A DNA stretch of 16,917 bases from Candidatus Methylomirabilota bacterium (GCA_046726415.1 JBKPAK010000181.1:1-16917); one strand, 5' to 3'; positions 6,316 to 16,280 are shown, numbered from the stretch's first letter. Numbers and translations are program-made. The notes: generated by a model from the sequence alone, not told the origin.

Positions 6316-7172
6316 TGGACGCACTCGTCAGCACCGCCTGGCTGGCCGGCGAGCTGGGTGCTCCGGACGTGCGCGTCCTCGACGGAACCTGGCACATGCC
6401 TCAGCTCAAGCGCGACACCCGAGCGGAGTTCGTCGAAGCCCATATTCCCGGCGCGGTCTTCTTCGACATCGACCGGATCGCCGATACGGCGGTCCCGCTG
6501 CCGCACATGCTGCCGAGCCCGGAGGCATTCGCGGCGAGCGTGGGCGCCCTCGGCATCGGCGACGGCGACCGCGTGGTGGTCTACGACGTGCGCGGCGCCA
6601 TCAGCGCCGCCCGGGTCTGGTGGACCTTCCGTGTCTTTGGGCATGACGGGGTCGCCGTCCTCGACGGCGGGCTGCGCAAGTGGCGAGCCGAAGGGCGCGC
6701 CCTCCAAAGCAGTGAGCCCCGGCCCACGCAGCGCCGATTCGCCCCGCGCTACCGACCCGAGCTGGTCCGCGATCTTGCCGCCATGCGGGCCAACCTGGGA
6801 GATCGACGCAAGCAGGTGCTCGATGCGCGCTCGCCCGGGCGATTCATGGGCGCGGAGCCCGAGCCGCGCACCGGCCTCCGCGGTGGCCATCTGCCCGGCA
6901 GCCTGAACCTTCCCTACGAGGAGCTGTACCAGACCGACGGCACCTTCATTCCACCCGATGCGCTGCGCCAGGCTTTCGTGAAGTCGGGGGTCGCGCTGGG
7001 CAAGCCGGTGGTCACCTCGTGCGGTTCCGGCATCACCGCCTGCGTGCTCGCGCTGGGGCTGCACCTCGCCGGCCACGATCAGGTCGCGGTGTATGACGGT
7101 TCCTGGACGGAATGGGGCGGACGCCAGGACACGCCTATCGAGAACCCCGCCGCTGGCCGCGATGAGAGCTGA
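6315..7172 (+). CDS. sseA: 3-mercaptopyruvate sulfurtransferase (tandem rhodanese)
   Basis: LVSTAWLA, HIPGAVFFDID, LPHMLPS, AARVWW, LDARSPGRF, GHLPGS, active-site loop CGSGITA, YDGSWTEW. Confidence 0.93.
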   Translation: MDALVSTAWLAGELGAPDVRVLDGTWHMPQLKRDTRAEFVEAHIPGAVFFDIDRIADTAVPLPHMLPSPEAFAASVGALGIGDGDRVVVYDVRGAISAARVWWTFRVFGHDGVAVLDGGLRKWRAEGRALQSSEPRPTQRRFAPRYRPELVRDLAAMRANLGDRRKQVLDARSPGRFMGAEPEPRTGLRGGHLPGSLNLPYEELYQTDGTFIPPDALRQAFVKSGVALGKPVVTSCGSGITACVLALGLHLAGHDQVAVYDGSWTEWGGRQDTPIENPAAGRDES

Positions 7173-7215
7173 GACATGAAGCGAGACGCCCTGGTCAGTC
7201 CGAGCATTTGAACCG

Positions 7216-7701
7216 CTGAGCCCAGATCTCGTCGTCTCCATCGTCGTGGGGCTGCTGATGGCAGCAGGCCTGGCCGGATCGATCCTTCCCTTCCTGCCCG
7301 GCCCGCCACTCATCGTCGCCGGCGCTCTCGTCTACGCCTTCGCCACGAACTGGACGCCCATCGGCATCGGACGGCTGATTATCCTCGGCGTCCTCGCCGT
7401 GCTGGCCTACGTGCTGAGCCACGTGGCGGGCGCGCTGGGAGCGAAGCGCTTCGGCGGGAGTTGGTGGGCAGTGGTCGGAGCCCTCGTGGGTGCGGTGGTC
7501 GGTGTCTTCTTCGGGCCCCTCGGTCTGCTGTTCGGACCGGTGATCGGCGCCATCGCCGGCGAGTTCCTGCGCAGCGGCAACCTCGAGGGGAGCACGCGCA
7601 GCGGCATCGGCGCGCTCGTGGGCCTGGCTGGCATCGTCGCCAATCTCGGGCTGGCCATCGTCATGGTAGCGCTCTTCCTCTGGTGGGTCTGGCGCGGCTG
7701 A
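7216..7701 (+). CDS. DUF456-family inner membrane protein
   Basis: GSILPFLPGPPLI, GAKRFGGSWWA, GALVG...FFGPLGLLFGPVIGAIAGE. The start is uncertain: GTG 7246 falls inside the first hydrophobic helix, while CTG 7216 gives a complete helix. Confidence 0.85.
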   Translation: MSPDLVVSIVVGLLMAAGLAGSILPFLPGPPLIVAGALVYAFATNWTPIGIGRLIILGVLAVLAYVLSHVAGALGAKRFGGSWWAVVGALVGAVVGVFFGPLGLLFGPVIGAIAGEFLRSGNLEGSTRSGIGALVGLAGIVANLGLAIVMVALFLWWVWRG

Positions 7702-7833
7702 GCGCCACGCCTCGAGAGGCTCCGCCGTCTTCCGTCGGCGGGGCGGCGCGCAGGCGCCAGGAGCCTGTCGGAGTATCGAGGGGCACGGGTTCCCCGGGGC
7801 GCCCCGAGCGTCGGCGGGCTTGTGAGGCCCGAG

Positions 7834-9567
7834 CTAGGCCCCCCATCTGACTAGGCTGCCGGGTCCCCGAAGTAATTCGCCCGGTACGTTGCCGGTGGCC
7901 GTGCCGTTCTCCAGAGTCACCTGGCCGTTGACGACGGTGGCGGCGATGCCTTCCGCCTTCTGCACGAGGCGGCGCGCGCCGCTGGGGAGATCGGTTTCCA
8001 CCGTTGGCATGGCGGGCTTCACGCGCTGCTCGTCGAAGAGCACGAGGTCCGCGCGGTAGCCGGTGCGCACCAGGCCGCGATCCTTGAGCTCCCAGGCTGA
8101 CGCGTTGTCAAACGTGAGCTTGCGCACGGCCTCTTCCAGTGTGAACGCCTGCTTCGCGCGCACCCAGTAGTTGAGCATGTGGGTTTGCAGCGACGAGCCC
8201 ATCTCCTGGCAGACGTGCGCGCCCGAATCCGAGAACGTGGCCAGCGTGCGCGGGTGCTTCAGCATGCCGAGCACGTGGTCCGGGTGCTCGTTGACCAGCG
8301 GCTGGACGAACACCTGATTGTCGTTCTCCAGCACCAGATCAATGATCGTCTCGACCGGGTGCGTTCCGCGCTGCGCGGCCAGTTGCGCGACGGTCGGATC
8401 GTTCCAGTCGACGCCCTGCTGGGCGTAGAGGTTGTCGTAGTCCGGCTTGCGCGGATCGGTGGTGGCCGCACCGCCGCCCTGGAACACGTGGTCGCGTGGC
8501 TTCATCCGCGCCTCCTCCGCGACCAATTGCCGGCGCGTCACGGGGTTGGCGAGGCGGCGCTTCTGCTCGTCGAGGGGCAGGGTGCGCACCACTCGCCAGG
8601 TCGGCAACCCGTCGAACGGCAGATAGGACTTGAGCGAGAAGATGGCGTTGATCGAGCGGGTGGTGGTCTGCCCCCACATGCGCGCGCCGGCCGCGGCGCA
8701 GTCGTCCAGGTACTCGAGCTGATAGGTCCACGGGTTGGGATCCACGCCCTGGCGACTCGCGATGGTGCCGAACATCACCGGCCGTCCGGAATCCACGGCC
8801 ACCTGCTTCAGTCGGGCAAGAAAATTGCGCTGCGCCTCGCCGCCCGAAATATCCGGTCCGACCTGGAAGATTCCCGCGTTCAGTTCCGCCATGGCGCCGA
8901 CCAGGCGATCGACTTCCGACCAGTCGGCGATCCGGCTGGCCACCGGCGTGTCGTCCGGCGTGACGTGAGTCGTGGCGCGCGAGCTCGAGAAGCCCATGGC
9001 GCCGGCGCGCATCGCCTCGGCCACCGCCGCGGCCATGCGAGCCAGATCGTCCTCGGTGGCCTTCTCGCTCAAGGCGCGCTTGCCCATGACGTACATGCGC
9101 AAGGCCGAATGGCCGATGTAGGCGCCGTAGTTGATCGCCTTGGGCAAGCGGTCGACCGTGGCTAGGTATTCCGGAAAGCTCTCCCAGGTCCAGTCGATGC
9201 CGGCCAGCATCGCTTCGGTAGGAATGTCCTCGACTGCGGTCAGGCAGCGCGCGAACCATTCGCGCTCCTCTGGCCGGCACGGCGCCAGCGCGAACCCGCA
9301 ATTGCCCATGATCACGCTGGTGACGCCGTGCCAGCACGAGCAGCTCCCGATCCGGTCCCACGACACCTGAGCGTCCATGTGGGTATGGCCATCGATGAAG
9401 CCCGGGGCGACGATCAAGCCGTCGGCATCGATGGTGCGGTGGGCCATCGATCGGATGCGTCCGATCTCGACGATCCGCCCATCCGTGATGCCGACATCGC
9501 CGCGATAGCGCGCGGCGCCCGAGCCGTCGACGATCGTCCCGTGCCGAATCACCAGATCGAGCCTCAT
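7834..9567 (-). CDS. N-acyl-D-amino-acid deacylase-family amidohydrolase
   Basis: DLVIRHGTIVDGSG, VAPGFIDGHTHMD, HGVTSVIMGNCGF, FSDSGAH, GYRADLVLFD; GGGAGGG RBS. Confidence 0.92.
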   Translation of the reverse strand: MRLDLVIRHGTIVDGSGAARYRGDVGITDGRIVEIGRIRSMAHRTIDADGLIVAPGFIDGHTHMDAQVSWDRIGSCSCWHGVTSVIMGNCGFALAPCRPEEREWFARCLTAVEDIPTEAMLAGIDWTWESFPEYLATVDRLPKAINYGAYIGHSALRMYVMGKRALSEKATEDDLARMAAAVAEAMRAGAMGFSSSRATTHVTPDDTPVASRIADWSEVDRLVGAMAELNAGIFQVGPDISGGEAQRNFLARLKQVAVDSGRPVMFGTIASRQGVDPNPWTYQLEYLDDCAAAGARMWGQTTTRSINAIFSLKSYLPFDGLPTWRVVRTLPLDEQKRRLANPVTRRQLVAEEARMKPRDHVFQGGGAATTDPRKPDYDNLYAQQGVDWNDPTVAQLAAQRGTHPVETIIDLVLENDNQVFVQPLVNEHPDHVLGMLKHPRTLATFSDSGAHVCQEMGSSLQTHMLNYWVRAKQAFTLEEAVRKLTFDNASAWELKDRGLVRTGYRADLVLFDEQRVKPAMPTVETDLPSGARRLVQKAEGIAATVVNGQVTLENGTATGNVPGELLRGPGSLVRWGA

Positions 9568-9858
9568 GGTGTCCCTCCCGTTGCTCGCGCGCGAGCCCGG
9601 TGCGCGGATCTCGAACGTTCCACTATGGTAGGCGACCCACCGCCCCCGGTCGAGTTGACAGCCCCACTTTCCCCGGCGCAGTATCGGCCCCGGAACGTCG
9701 ATTTCACTTCCCTCAGAACGGAGTCCGCCGGACGCGACCGGCGCCCTGCGGCGAGCCAGCCCTCGCCTCGTGGCCGAACGACTTCCTCGCGATGAAGGCG
9801 ATCCTCGACTGGGATCTCAGGCTTTGAGTTGCCGGGCCGCTCAGGAAGGAGTCATGGC

Positions 9859-10851
9859 ATGACCGTCGATCCGACCCGCTTCGGGCTTACCCTGCCGCAG
9901 CGCGGGGTGTTCTTCGGCATCACGACCATGGACCGCATGATGGCGATGGCCGCCCAGGCCGACGCCAACCAGCTCTTCGGCTCCGTCTGGGTGGGCGATA
10001 GCCTCTTCGCCAAGCCGCGCCCTGACTCGCTCACCCTGCTCGGCGGTCTTGCCACCGCGACGCGCCGCCTCACTCTCGGCGTGGGCTGCATGGCGAGCTT
10101 CCCGGTGCGAGATCCGATCGTCTTCGCCTATCAGTGGGCGACGCTCGATCTGCTGTCGCAGGGGCGCATGCTGCTGGCCGCCTGCACGGGGATCGTGGCC
10201 GGCGGCGCCAGCGCCCGCGAGGGAGCGGCCTGGGGCGTCGCCGACCGGGAGCGCGCCGAGCGGCTCGTCGAGAGCATCGAGATCTGCCGGCGGCTGTGGA
10301 GCGAGGACGGCGTGACCTTCAAGGGCAAGTTCCGCTCGTTCGAGGGCGTCACGGTTCAGCCGCGTCCGGTCCAGCGGCCGTGCCCAATCTGGATCGCCTC
10401 GAACCCGAGCCCCGCTGCGCTCAAGCCCGCAATGCTCGATCGCGCCTTGCAACGTGTCGCGCGGTTGGCCGACGGCTGGATGACCGTGCAGCTCTTCCCG
10501 GGGACGCTCAAGGCGAACTGGACGAAGATCGCCGAGTACCTGCGCCAGGAGAGCCGCGACCCCGCAGCGTTCCCGACCATGGCGTACCACAACGTGAACC
10601 TCAACCCCGACCGGCAGGCGGCGTTGGCCGAGACCAAGCGGTTCCTCGACGAATACTACGGCCCCGTCTTCTCCCCGGCGATGGTCGAGTCGTGGACGGC
10701 CGCCGGCGCGCCCGACCAGTGCGTCGAGCATCTGCGCGCGCTGATGCGCGACGGTGCCCGGACGGTCACTCTGCGGATCACGTCGTGGCAGCAGGAGGAG
10801 CAATTCAAGCGGCTGGTCGGCGAGGTGCTCCCGCGTGTCGCCGCGGCCTGA
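9859..10851 (+). CDS. Luciferase-like (LLM class) flavin-dependent oxidoreductase
   Basis: AAGGAG RBS before ATG 9859; FGSVWVGDSL, ATLDLLSQGR, PRPVQRPCPIWIA, RVARLADGW. Confidence 0.92.
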   Translation: MTVDPTRFGLTLPQRGVFFGITTMDRMMAMAAQADANQLFGSVWVGDSLFAKPRPDSLTLLGGLATATRRLTLGVGCMASFPVRDPIVFAYQWATLDLLSQGRMLLAACTGIVAGGASAREGAAWGVADRERAERLVESIEICRRLWSEDGVTFKGKFRSFEGVTVQPRPVQRPCPIWIASNPSPAALKPAMLDRALQRVARLADGWMTVQLFPGTLKANWTKIAEYLRQESRDPAAFPTMAYHNVNLNPDRQAALAETKRFLDEYYGPVFSPAMVESWTAAGAPDQCVEHLRALMRDGARTVTLRITSWQQEEQFKRLVGEVLPRVAAA

Positions 10852-10958
10852 CCGTCGGATGCTCGTCGTCACGACGGCGAGCTTATGACCGCAGACTGCG
10901 GATGAGAGACTCGAGCTCCGTAAGCTCGGGGAACGTCGCTGACATCTCTGCCCGCCGT

Positions 10959-10989
10959 CCCCGCGATGCGTGGCCATCGCATCGCGGGG
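10959..10989. terminator. Perfect 12-bp stem hairpin between convergent genes
   Basis: ccccgcgatgcg-tggccat-cgcatcgcgggg; no U-tract on either side. Confidence 0.5.
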
Positions 10990-11061
10990 GCGGGCCCCGG
11001 TTGTCGATGCGTTGAGGCCAACTCCCGCCCGAATGACGCGGCCGTGGCGGGACGCCGTACC

Positions 11062-12288
11062 TCAACGGATGATCGGGCCAGCCTCCGGCCGGTCGCCTTT
11101 CAACGGGGGCAGCACATCGCGGGGATCGAGATCCAGTTCGAGTATGCCGAGGCTGGCCAGGCAGAAATCGCGCGGGGGAAATTGCACAGGGGCAACCGCA
11201 CCATCGCGAAACAGCCGCTCGAGCGGTGACGTTTTGAACAACGCGTGGGCACCACCAAGGGTCATGGCCGTGCGCGTGATACGGGTCACCGCTTCACCGA
11301 CAAAATACTTGGCCCGGTACAACGCCGATAAGGTGGCGGGGGTTGGTCCCTGGGTATCGCTGAGCCAGGCCGAGTGATAGGTCAACAGCCGGGCGGCTTC
11401 CAGATCGACGCTCATCTCCGCCACGTGCCGGCGCACATCCGGGTGATAGGCCAGGGACTGCGCAAAACCGGGCGGAATTCGGCCCCGCACGGCGTCGATG
11501 ATGGCTTTGTATGCCGCCACGGCGATGCCGAGATAGACCGCCGTGTAGGAGGCCCAGAACCAGTTGGCCCCCGTGCGGCGAAACGGGAGGATATCGTCCG
11601 ACCGAACCAGGAGCGCCTCGTCCGACACCCAGCACTCGTCGAGGACCATGGAATCGCTGCGGGTGGCCCGCATGCCCAGCGTGTCCCACACGTGTTCGAC
11701 GCGTCGACCGGCGGCTCCTCGAGGTACCAGGAGGAGCATGGCCGCGGTCGGTGCGGTCGCCTCGTCCGGATAGGCCATCACCGCACAATAGTCGGCGGCT
11801 TCGAGCATCGAGGCAAAGGCCTTGCGACCGCTGATGCGATAGCCACCGTCCACGCGTCGGGCCCGCGTCAGTGGCACCGGCGTTCCGACCAGCCCGGAGG
11901 TCGTGGGCTCCGAGAAATTGCCGGCGATGAGTTTCCGTTCGCACACCACCATCTTGGCGAGGCGTTCCTTGGTGGCGAGAGGCACCAGCGGACTCTCCAT
12001 GAGCGGTCCAACCACCGACAGGTGCATGTTGAACGACAGGGCGGTTGATGGGCAGCCTTGGGCCAGCTCCTCGGCGGCGAGGGAATAGCCAAGCAAGCCC
12101 ACCCCGCCGCCACCGAGCTCGGTGGGGATATTGAGCGCGTAGAACCCGGCGTCGCGGAGGGCCGCATAGTTTTCCAGCGGATGGCTCGCCTCGCGGTCAT
12201 GCTGGGCCGCGCGCGTGGCAAAGTCGTCAGCCAGACACCGAGCGCGTTGCTGGAGGCGACGCTGTTCCTCGGTGATGTGAAGCTCCAC
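11062..12288 (-). CDS. Acyl-CoA dehydrogenase-family flavoprotein (possibly DszC/SfnB-like monooxygenase)
   Basis: GTG start after GGGAG; ELAQGCPSTALSFNMH, FSEP, ISGRKAFAS, WDTLGMRATRS, LERLFRD. Confidence 0.9.
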   Translation of the reverse strand: MELHITEEQRRLQQRARCLADDFATRAAQHDREASHPLENYAALRDAGFYALNIPTELGGGGVGLLGYSLAAEELAQGCPSTALSFNMHLSVVGPLMESPLVPLATKERLAKMVVCERKLIAGNFSEPTTSGLVGTPVPLTRARRVDGGYRISGRKAFASMLEAADYCAVMAYPDEATAPTAAMLLLVPRGAAGRRVEHVWDTLGMRATRSDSMVLDECWVSDEALLVRSDDILPFRRTGANWFWASYTAVYLGIAVAAYKAIIDAVRGRIPPGFAQSLAYHPDVRRHVAEMSVDLEAARLLTYHSAWLSDTQGPTPATLSALYRAKYFVGEAVTRITRTAMTLGGAHALFKTSPLERLFRDGAVAPVQFPPRDFCLASLGILELDLDPRDVLPPLKGDRPEAGPIIR

Positions 12289-12350
12289 GCGCTTCTCCCT
12301 TCCTGGCCAGCCCTGCTCCCCGCTGGAGCGCCCGCCGCACGCGTGACACG

Positions 12351-12378
12351 AGTATAGGCATCCTCACCGGCTTGGCAA
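12351..12378 (-). promoter_or_regulatory. Candidate sigma70 promoter for the acyl-CoA dehydrogenase-family gene
   Basis: Minus strand TTGCCA-N16-TATACT, about 60 bp upstream of the start codon. Confidence 0.45.
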
Positions 12379-12559
12379 CGCGGTCCACGGCTCGCGCATC
12401 GCCGGGCGATCGTGGGCGCTTGACTTGGACGTCGGGCGGCGCAATCCTGGCGCCGCAACAACGCACGAGGGGGACCGAGGTTGGTGCGTCGTCTTGCCCC
12501 AGAGCCCTTCGTACGCCTCGCCCTCGGGGCCGCCGGCATCACACCGTGAGGGTCATCCC

Positions 12560-13264
12560 CTGAGCCGCACCCGCGTCCGTCTCGTTGCGCTTCTCGTTTT
12601 GGCATGCGCCTGCGGACGCACGGCATCGCCTGTCGTCGTCGCCAGCCCCTTTCCGCGTCCAGCGCGGCCGGTGGCGGCGATCGTCTCACCCTCGTACTCA
12701 GAAGAAGGCAAGCGCGACGCCGCCGGCGAGGCCGAGCAAGTGATGGATCGGCTCGGCATCCAACCCGGCGTGCGCGTCGCCGACATCGGTGCTGGCGATG
12801 GGTACTACACCCTGCGGCTGGTGGGGCGTCTGGGGCCCGGCGCTACGATCTACGCCACGGACGTCGAGTCCACGTACCTCGTACGGCTGAGCGAGCGCCT
12901 GCACCGCGACGGCGCGCACGGGGTGACCTTGGTGCTGGGTGCACCGCGTGACCCTCGCCTCCCTCCCCAGTCAGTCGATGTGGCGCTTCTCTCGCACGTG
13001 TATCACGAGATCGAGAACCCGTACGAGTTCCTGCATCGATTGCAGCCGGCCCTCGCCGCGGGCGGTCGCGTCGCCATCGTCGAAGCCGACCGCCCCACGG
13101 AAAGCCACGGCACGCCTCCGGCCCTGCTGCGGTGCGAGCTGGCCGCGGTCGGGTACCGCGAGGTCGACTTCGTGTCTCTCGAGCCGGCTGAGGGCTACCT
13201 CGCTGTCTTCGAGCCGCCCCTGACGCTCCCCGCCATCGAGTCGATCAGGGCCTGCACGCCGTAG
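12560..13264 (+). CDS. Class I SAM-dependent methyltransferase with N-terminal lipoprotein-like signal
   Basis: VADIGAGDGYYT (motif I), IYATDV, SVDVALLSHVYHEI, GGRVAIVE. The signal RTRVRLVALLVLAC implies a start near CTG 12560 after GAGGG; the start is uncertain. Confidence 0.85.
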   Translation: MSRTRVRLVALLVLACACGRTASPVVVASPFPRPARPVAAIVSPSYSEEGKRDAAGEAEQVMDRLGIQPGVRVADIGAGDGYYTLRLVGRLGPGATIYATDVESTYLVRLSERLHRDGAHGVTLVLGAPRDPRLPPQSVDVALLSHVYHEIENPYEFLHRLQPALAAGGRVAIVEADRPTESHGTPPALLRCELAAVGYREVDFVSLEPAEGYLAVFEPPLTLPAIESIRACTP

Positions 13265-13355
13265 ATCGCGAGCCGAAGGGCCTTGCCAGCAGAGCGCCCT
13301 CGAGAGACGCTAGCGGCAGCCAGCGGAACCGGTTTGGGCCTCGAGGGAGGGAACC

Positions 13356-13586
13356 ATGGTGAACAAGGTTCGGATCAATCTCGCCAATGCGTTGGAATTG
13401 CAGGAGCTGCCCGGTGTCGGTCCAGCAGAGGCCAACGTAATCGTCAAGTTCCGCTCCGAGCATGGTCCCATCACGGGCGAGCCGCAGCTCGCCACGATTC
13501 TCGGGAAACGCGTGGCCGACGCCGTCTCGCCGCGGGTCGACTTCGAGCCGGCGGAAACGACATCGCCCGAGGCGCCGGGCGCCTGA
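13356..13586 (+). CDS. Stand-alone helix-hairpin-helix (ComEA-like) DNA-binding protein, 76 aa
   Basis: RINLANALELQELPGVGPAEANVIVKFRSEHGP matches the ComEA HhH signature; GGAGG RBS. Confidence 0.88.
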   Translation: MVNKVRINLANALELQELPGVGPAEANVIVKFRSEHGPITGEPQLATILGKRVADAVSPRVDFEPAETTSPEAPGA

Positions 13587-13693
13587 GCGCCGACGCGGGC
13601 GCCCACGCCCGCCCCCCAAGACCGACGGCGCCCGCGAACTGCCCAACAAACCCGGCGCGAAGGTCAGCTGGACGACACGGAGAGAGGATTGCG

Positions 13694-14554
13694 ATGCGAG
13701 CGACCAGCAGGCTCCGGCACATGCTCGAGGCCCCGGGTATCATCGTGGCGCCCGGCGCGTATGATGGCTTCTCCGCGCGGCTGATCGAAGCGGCGGGCTT
13801 CCAGGCCGTTTACATGACGGGAGCTGGAACGGCCGCCTCCCACCTGGGCCAGCCCGACCTCGGCCTCGCCACCCTGACGGAGATGGCGGCGCACGCAGGC
13901 CATCTCGCGAGCTGCATCTCGCTTCCGCTCATCGCCGACGCGGACACCGGCTACGGCAACGTCCTCAACGTCGTGCGCACGGTGGGCGAGTACGAGCGCG
14001 CTGGCGCGGCCGGTCTCCATCTGGAAGACCAGGTGGCGCCCAAGAAGTGCGGTCACATCGCGGGCAAACAGGTCGTTCCGGCCAAGGAGTTCGCGGACAA
14101 GATCCGCGCCGCCGCCGAGTACCGTACCGATCCGGACTTCGTCATCATCGCGCGCACCGACGCCCGCGCGGTGACGAGCCTCGACGACGCCATCGAGCGC
14201 GCCAACCTCTACGCGGAGGCCGGAGCCGACGTGATCTTCGTGGAAGCTCCGCAGACCGAAGACGAGATCCACCGGGTGGCGCGCGAGGTGAAGGCTCCGC
14301 TCCTCGCTAACATGGTGCAGGGCGGCCGCACGCCCGCCCTGAAGGCCGTGGAGCTAGAACAGCTCGGCTTCAAGATTGTCATCTTCCCGGCGGTGTGCAT
14401 GGCGGCGGCGGTGACCGCCATCGAGGGAGCGCTCGCCCGTCTCAAGGAGACCGGCACCGACTGGCCCAGCGGTCCGGTGCTGAGCCCCATGGACATCTTC
14501 CGCCGCGTGGGCTTCGACTGGTGGCACGCCATCGAGGAACGGTTCACGTCCTGA
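13694..14554 (+). CDS. Isocitrate lyase/PEP mutase superfamily enzyme (methylisocitrate / 2,3-dimethylmalate lyase-like)
   Basis: [54 protein letters not shown] before ATG 13694. Confidence 0.92.
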   Translation: MRATSRLRHMLEAPGIIVAPGAYDGFSARLIEAAGFQAVYMTGAGTAASHLGQPDLGLATLTEMAAHAGHLASCISLPLIADADTGYGNVLNVVRTVGEYERAGAAGLHLEDQVAPKKCGHIAGKQVVPAKEFADKIRAAAEYRTDPDFVIIARTDARAVTSLDDAIERANLYAEAGADVIFVEAPQTEDEIHRVAREVKAPLLANMVQGGRTPALKAVELEQLGFKIVIFPAVCMAAAVTAIEGALARLKETGTDWPSGPVLSPMDIFRRVGFDWWHAIEERFTS

Positions 14555-14648
14555 CGCGACCTACGGTGGAGACTCGTCGGCGCTCCCCGCCGTGTCTCCG
14601 AAGCTGCGGTATCATCGAGCGAAGACGCCCTCACCAAGGAGATCCGCC

Positions 14649-15833
14649 ATGGCCGACGCCGTCATCGTCTCGACCGCTCGCACGGGCATTGGCAGAGCGT
14701 ACCGCGGCGCCCTCAACAACACGCATGGCGCCACGATGGCGGGGCACGTGATTGCACACGCGGTGAAGCGCGCCGGCCTCGAGCCTGGCGAGGTGGAGGA
14801 CGTCATTTTAGGCTGTGCCCTGCCCGAGGGCGCAACCGGTCAGAACATCGCGCGGCAGGCGGCCCTGCGGGCAGGCCTCCCCGTGACCACGGCCGGCGTC
14901 ACCGTCAATCGCTTCTGCTCCTCCGGCATGCAGGCCATCGCCTTGGCGGCTCAGCGGGTGATCGTCGACCGCGTGCCGATCGTGGTTGCCGGCGGCCTGG
15001 AATCGATCAGCCTCGTGCAGAACGAGCACATGAACCTCCACCGCATGCGCGAGAGCTGGCTGGAGGGGTACAAGCCCGAGATCTACATGACCATGATCGA
15101 GACGGCGGAGGTCGTGGCCAAGCGCTACTACATCACGCGCGACGTGCAGGACGAGTACGCCCTGGCCAGCCAGCAGCGCACCGCGGCCGCGCAGAAGTCA
15201 GGTCGCCTCGACGCGGAGATCGTCCCCTTCACCACCGTGAAGATCACCCAGGACAAGGCCACCGGCGCGGTGGGTGAGGAGGAGGTCACGCTCTCCCGTG
15301 ACGAGGGCAATCGCCCCGATACCACGCCCGAGGGGTTGGCGGCCCTGAAGCCTGTCACCGGCGAGAAGGGGCACATCACCGCCGGCAACGCCAGTCAGCT
15401 TTCCGACGGCGCCTCCGCTTGCGTGGTGATGGACGCCACGCTCGCCGAGCGCCGGGGATTGAAGCCGCTGGGGATGTTCCGCGGCTTCACCGTCGCCGCC
15501 TGTGAGCCCGACGAGATGGGGATCGGCCCCGTGTTCGCCGTCCCGCGGTTGCTCGAGCGCTTCGGCCTGAAGATGGACCAGATCGACCTGTGGGAGCTGA
15601 ACGAGGCCTTCGCCGTGCAGGTAGTCTATTGCCGCGACCGCCTGGGCATTCCCATGGAAACGCTCAACGTCGATGGTGGGGCCATCTCTATCGGCCATCC
15701 TTACGGCATGAGCGGCTCCCGCATGGTCGGCCACGCCCTCATCGAGGGCAAGCGCCGTGGCGCGACGTACGTCGTGTGTACGATGTGCATCGGCGGCGGC
15801 ATGGGGGCGGCGGGCCTCTTCGAGGTGGCGTAA
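14649..15833 (+). CDS. Acetyl-CoA C-acyltransferase (3-ketoacyl-CoA thiolase)
   Basis: [48 protein letters not shown]. Confidence 0.95.
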   Translation: MADAVIVSTARTGIGRAYRGALNNTHGATMAGHVIAHAVKRAGLEPGEVEDVILGCALPEGATGQNIARQAALRAGLPVTTAGVTVNRFCSSGMQAIALAAQRVIVDRVPIVVAGGLESISLVQNEHMNLHRMRESWLEGYKPEIYMTMIETAEVVAKRYYITRDVQDEYALASQQRTAAAQKSGRLDAEIVPFTTVKITQDKATGAVGEEEVTLSRDEGNRPDTTPEGLAALKPVTGEKGHITAGNASQLSDGASACVVMDATLAERRGLKPLGMFRGFTVAACEPDEMGIGPVFAVPRLLERFGLKMDQIDLWELNEAFAVQVVYCRDRLGIPMETLNVDGGAISIGHPYGMSGSRMVGHALIEGKRRGATYVVCTMCIGGGMGAAGLFEVA

Positions 15834-15840
15834 CGCGATC

Positions 15841-16269
15841 GTGGCGGACGACCTGCTGGCCACCACGCGGGAGCGCGCCCGGACCAACCTCTTCTGGCGC
15901 CACCTGGGAGTCGAGGTCGAGGACGCTCGCGAGGGCTGGGTGCGCCTGCGCGTTCCCGTCCGCGATGAGATCCGCAATGCCGTGGGCGCGCCGGTGCACG
16001 GCGGCCTCTACAGCGCCCTCGTCGACATGGCGGTGGGCGGCGCGCTCGGCACGCTGCATGCCGAGGCGCAAGGTGGGGTGGGGCAGACGACGCTGGACCT
16101 GAACGTCACCTTCCTCGCGGGAGCTCGGCAAGGCGACATCTTCGCCGAGGGACGCATCATCAAGAAGGGGCGGACGATCGCCTTCGGGGAAGTCACGATC
16201 ATGGACGGCGGGGGCACGGTCTGCGCCGTCGGCCGAGCGACTTACATGATCCTCGCCGGCCGAGCCTGA
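15841..16269 (+). CDS. PaaI-family hotdog-fold thioesterase
   Basis: GTG start 7 bp after the thiolase stop; RNAVGAPVHGGLYSALVDMA, TLDLNVTFL, EGRIIKKGRT. Confidence 0.9.
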   Translation: MADDLLATTRERARTNLFWRHLGVEVEDAREGWVRLRVPVRDEIRNAVGAPVHGGLYSALVDMAVGGALGTLHAEAQGGVGQTTLDLNVTFLAGARQGDIFAEGRIIKKGRTIAFGEVTIMDGGGTVCAVGRATYMILAGRA

Positions 16270-16280
16270 CTGAGCGACCA

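Noticed and set aside
5197-7313. Long alternative ORFs (e.g. 5197-6324, 6246-7313; also 8179-9165, 8339-9361, 9841-10977)
   Set aside because: These are Arg/Gly/Pro-rich shadow or antisense frames of well-supported genes, as expected in high-GC DNA.
10883-11065. 60-aa minus-strand ORF downstream of the acyl-CoA dehydrogenase-family gene
   Set aside because: No recognisable motif, and it spans the intergenic hairpin; support is insufficient.
13594-13636. 10-bp inverted repeat cgcgggcgcc...ggcgcccgcg after the HhH gene as a mobile element or ncRNA
   Set aside because: It is all GC, single-copy in the window and has a 23-nt loop, so it is at most a weak stem-loop.
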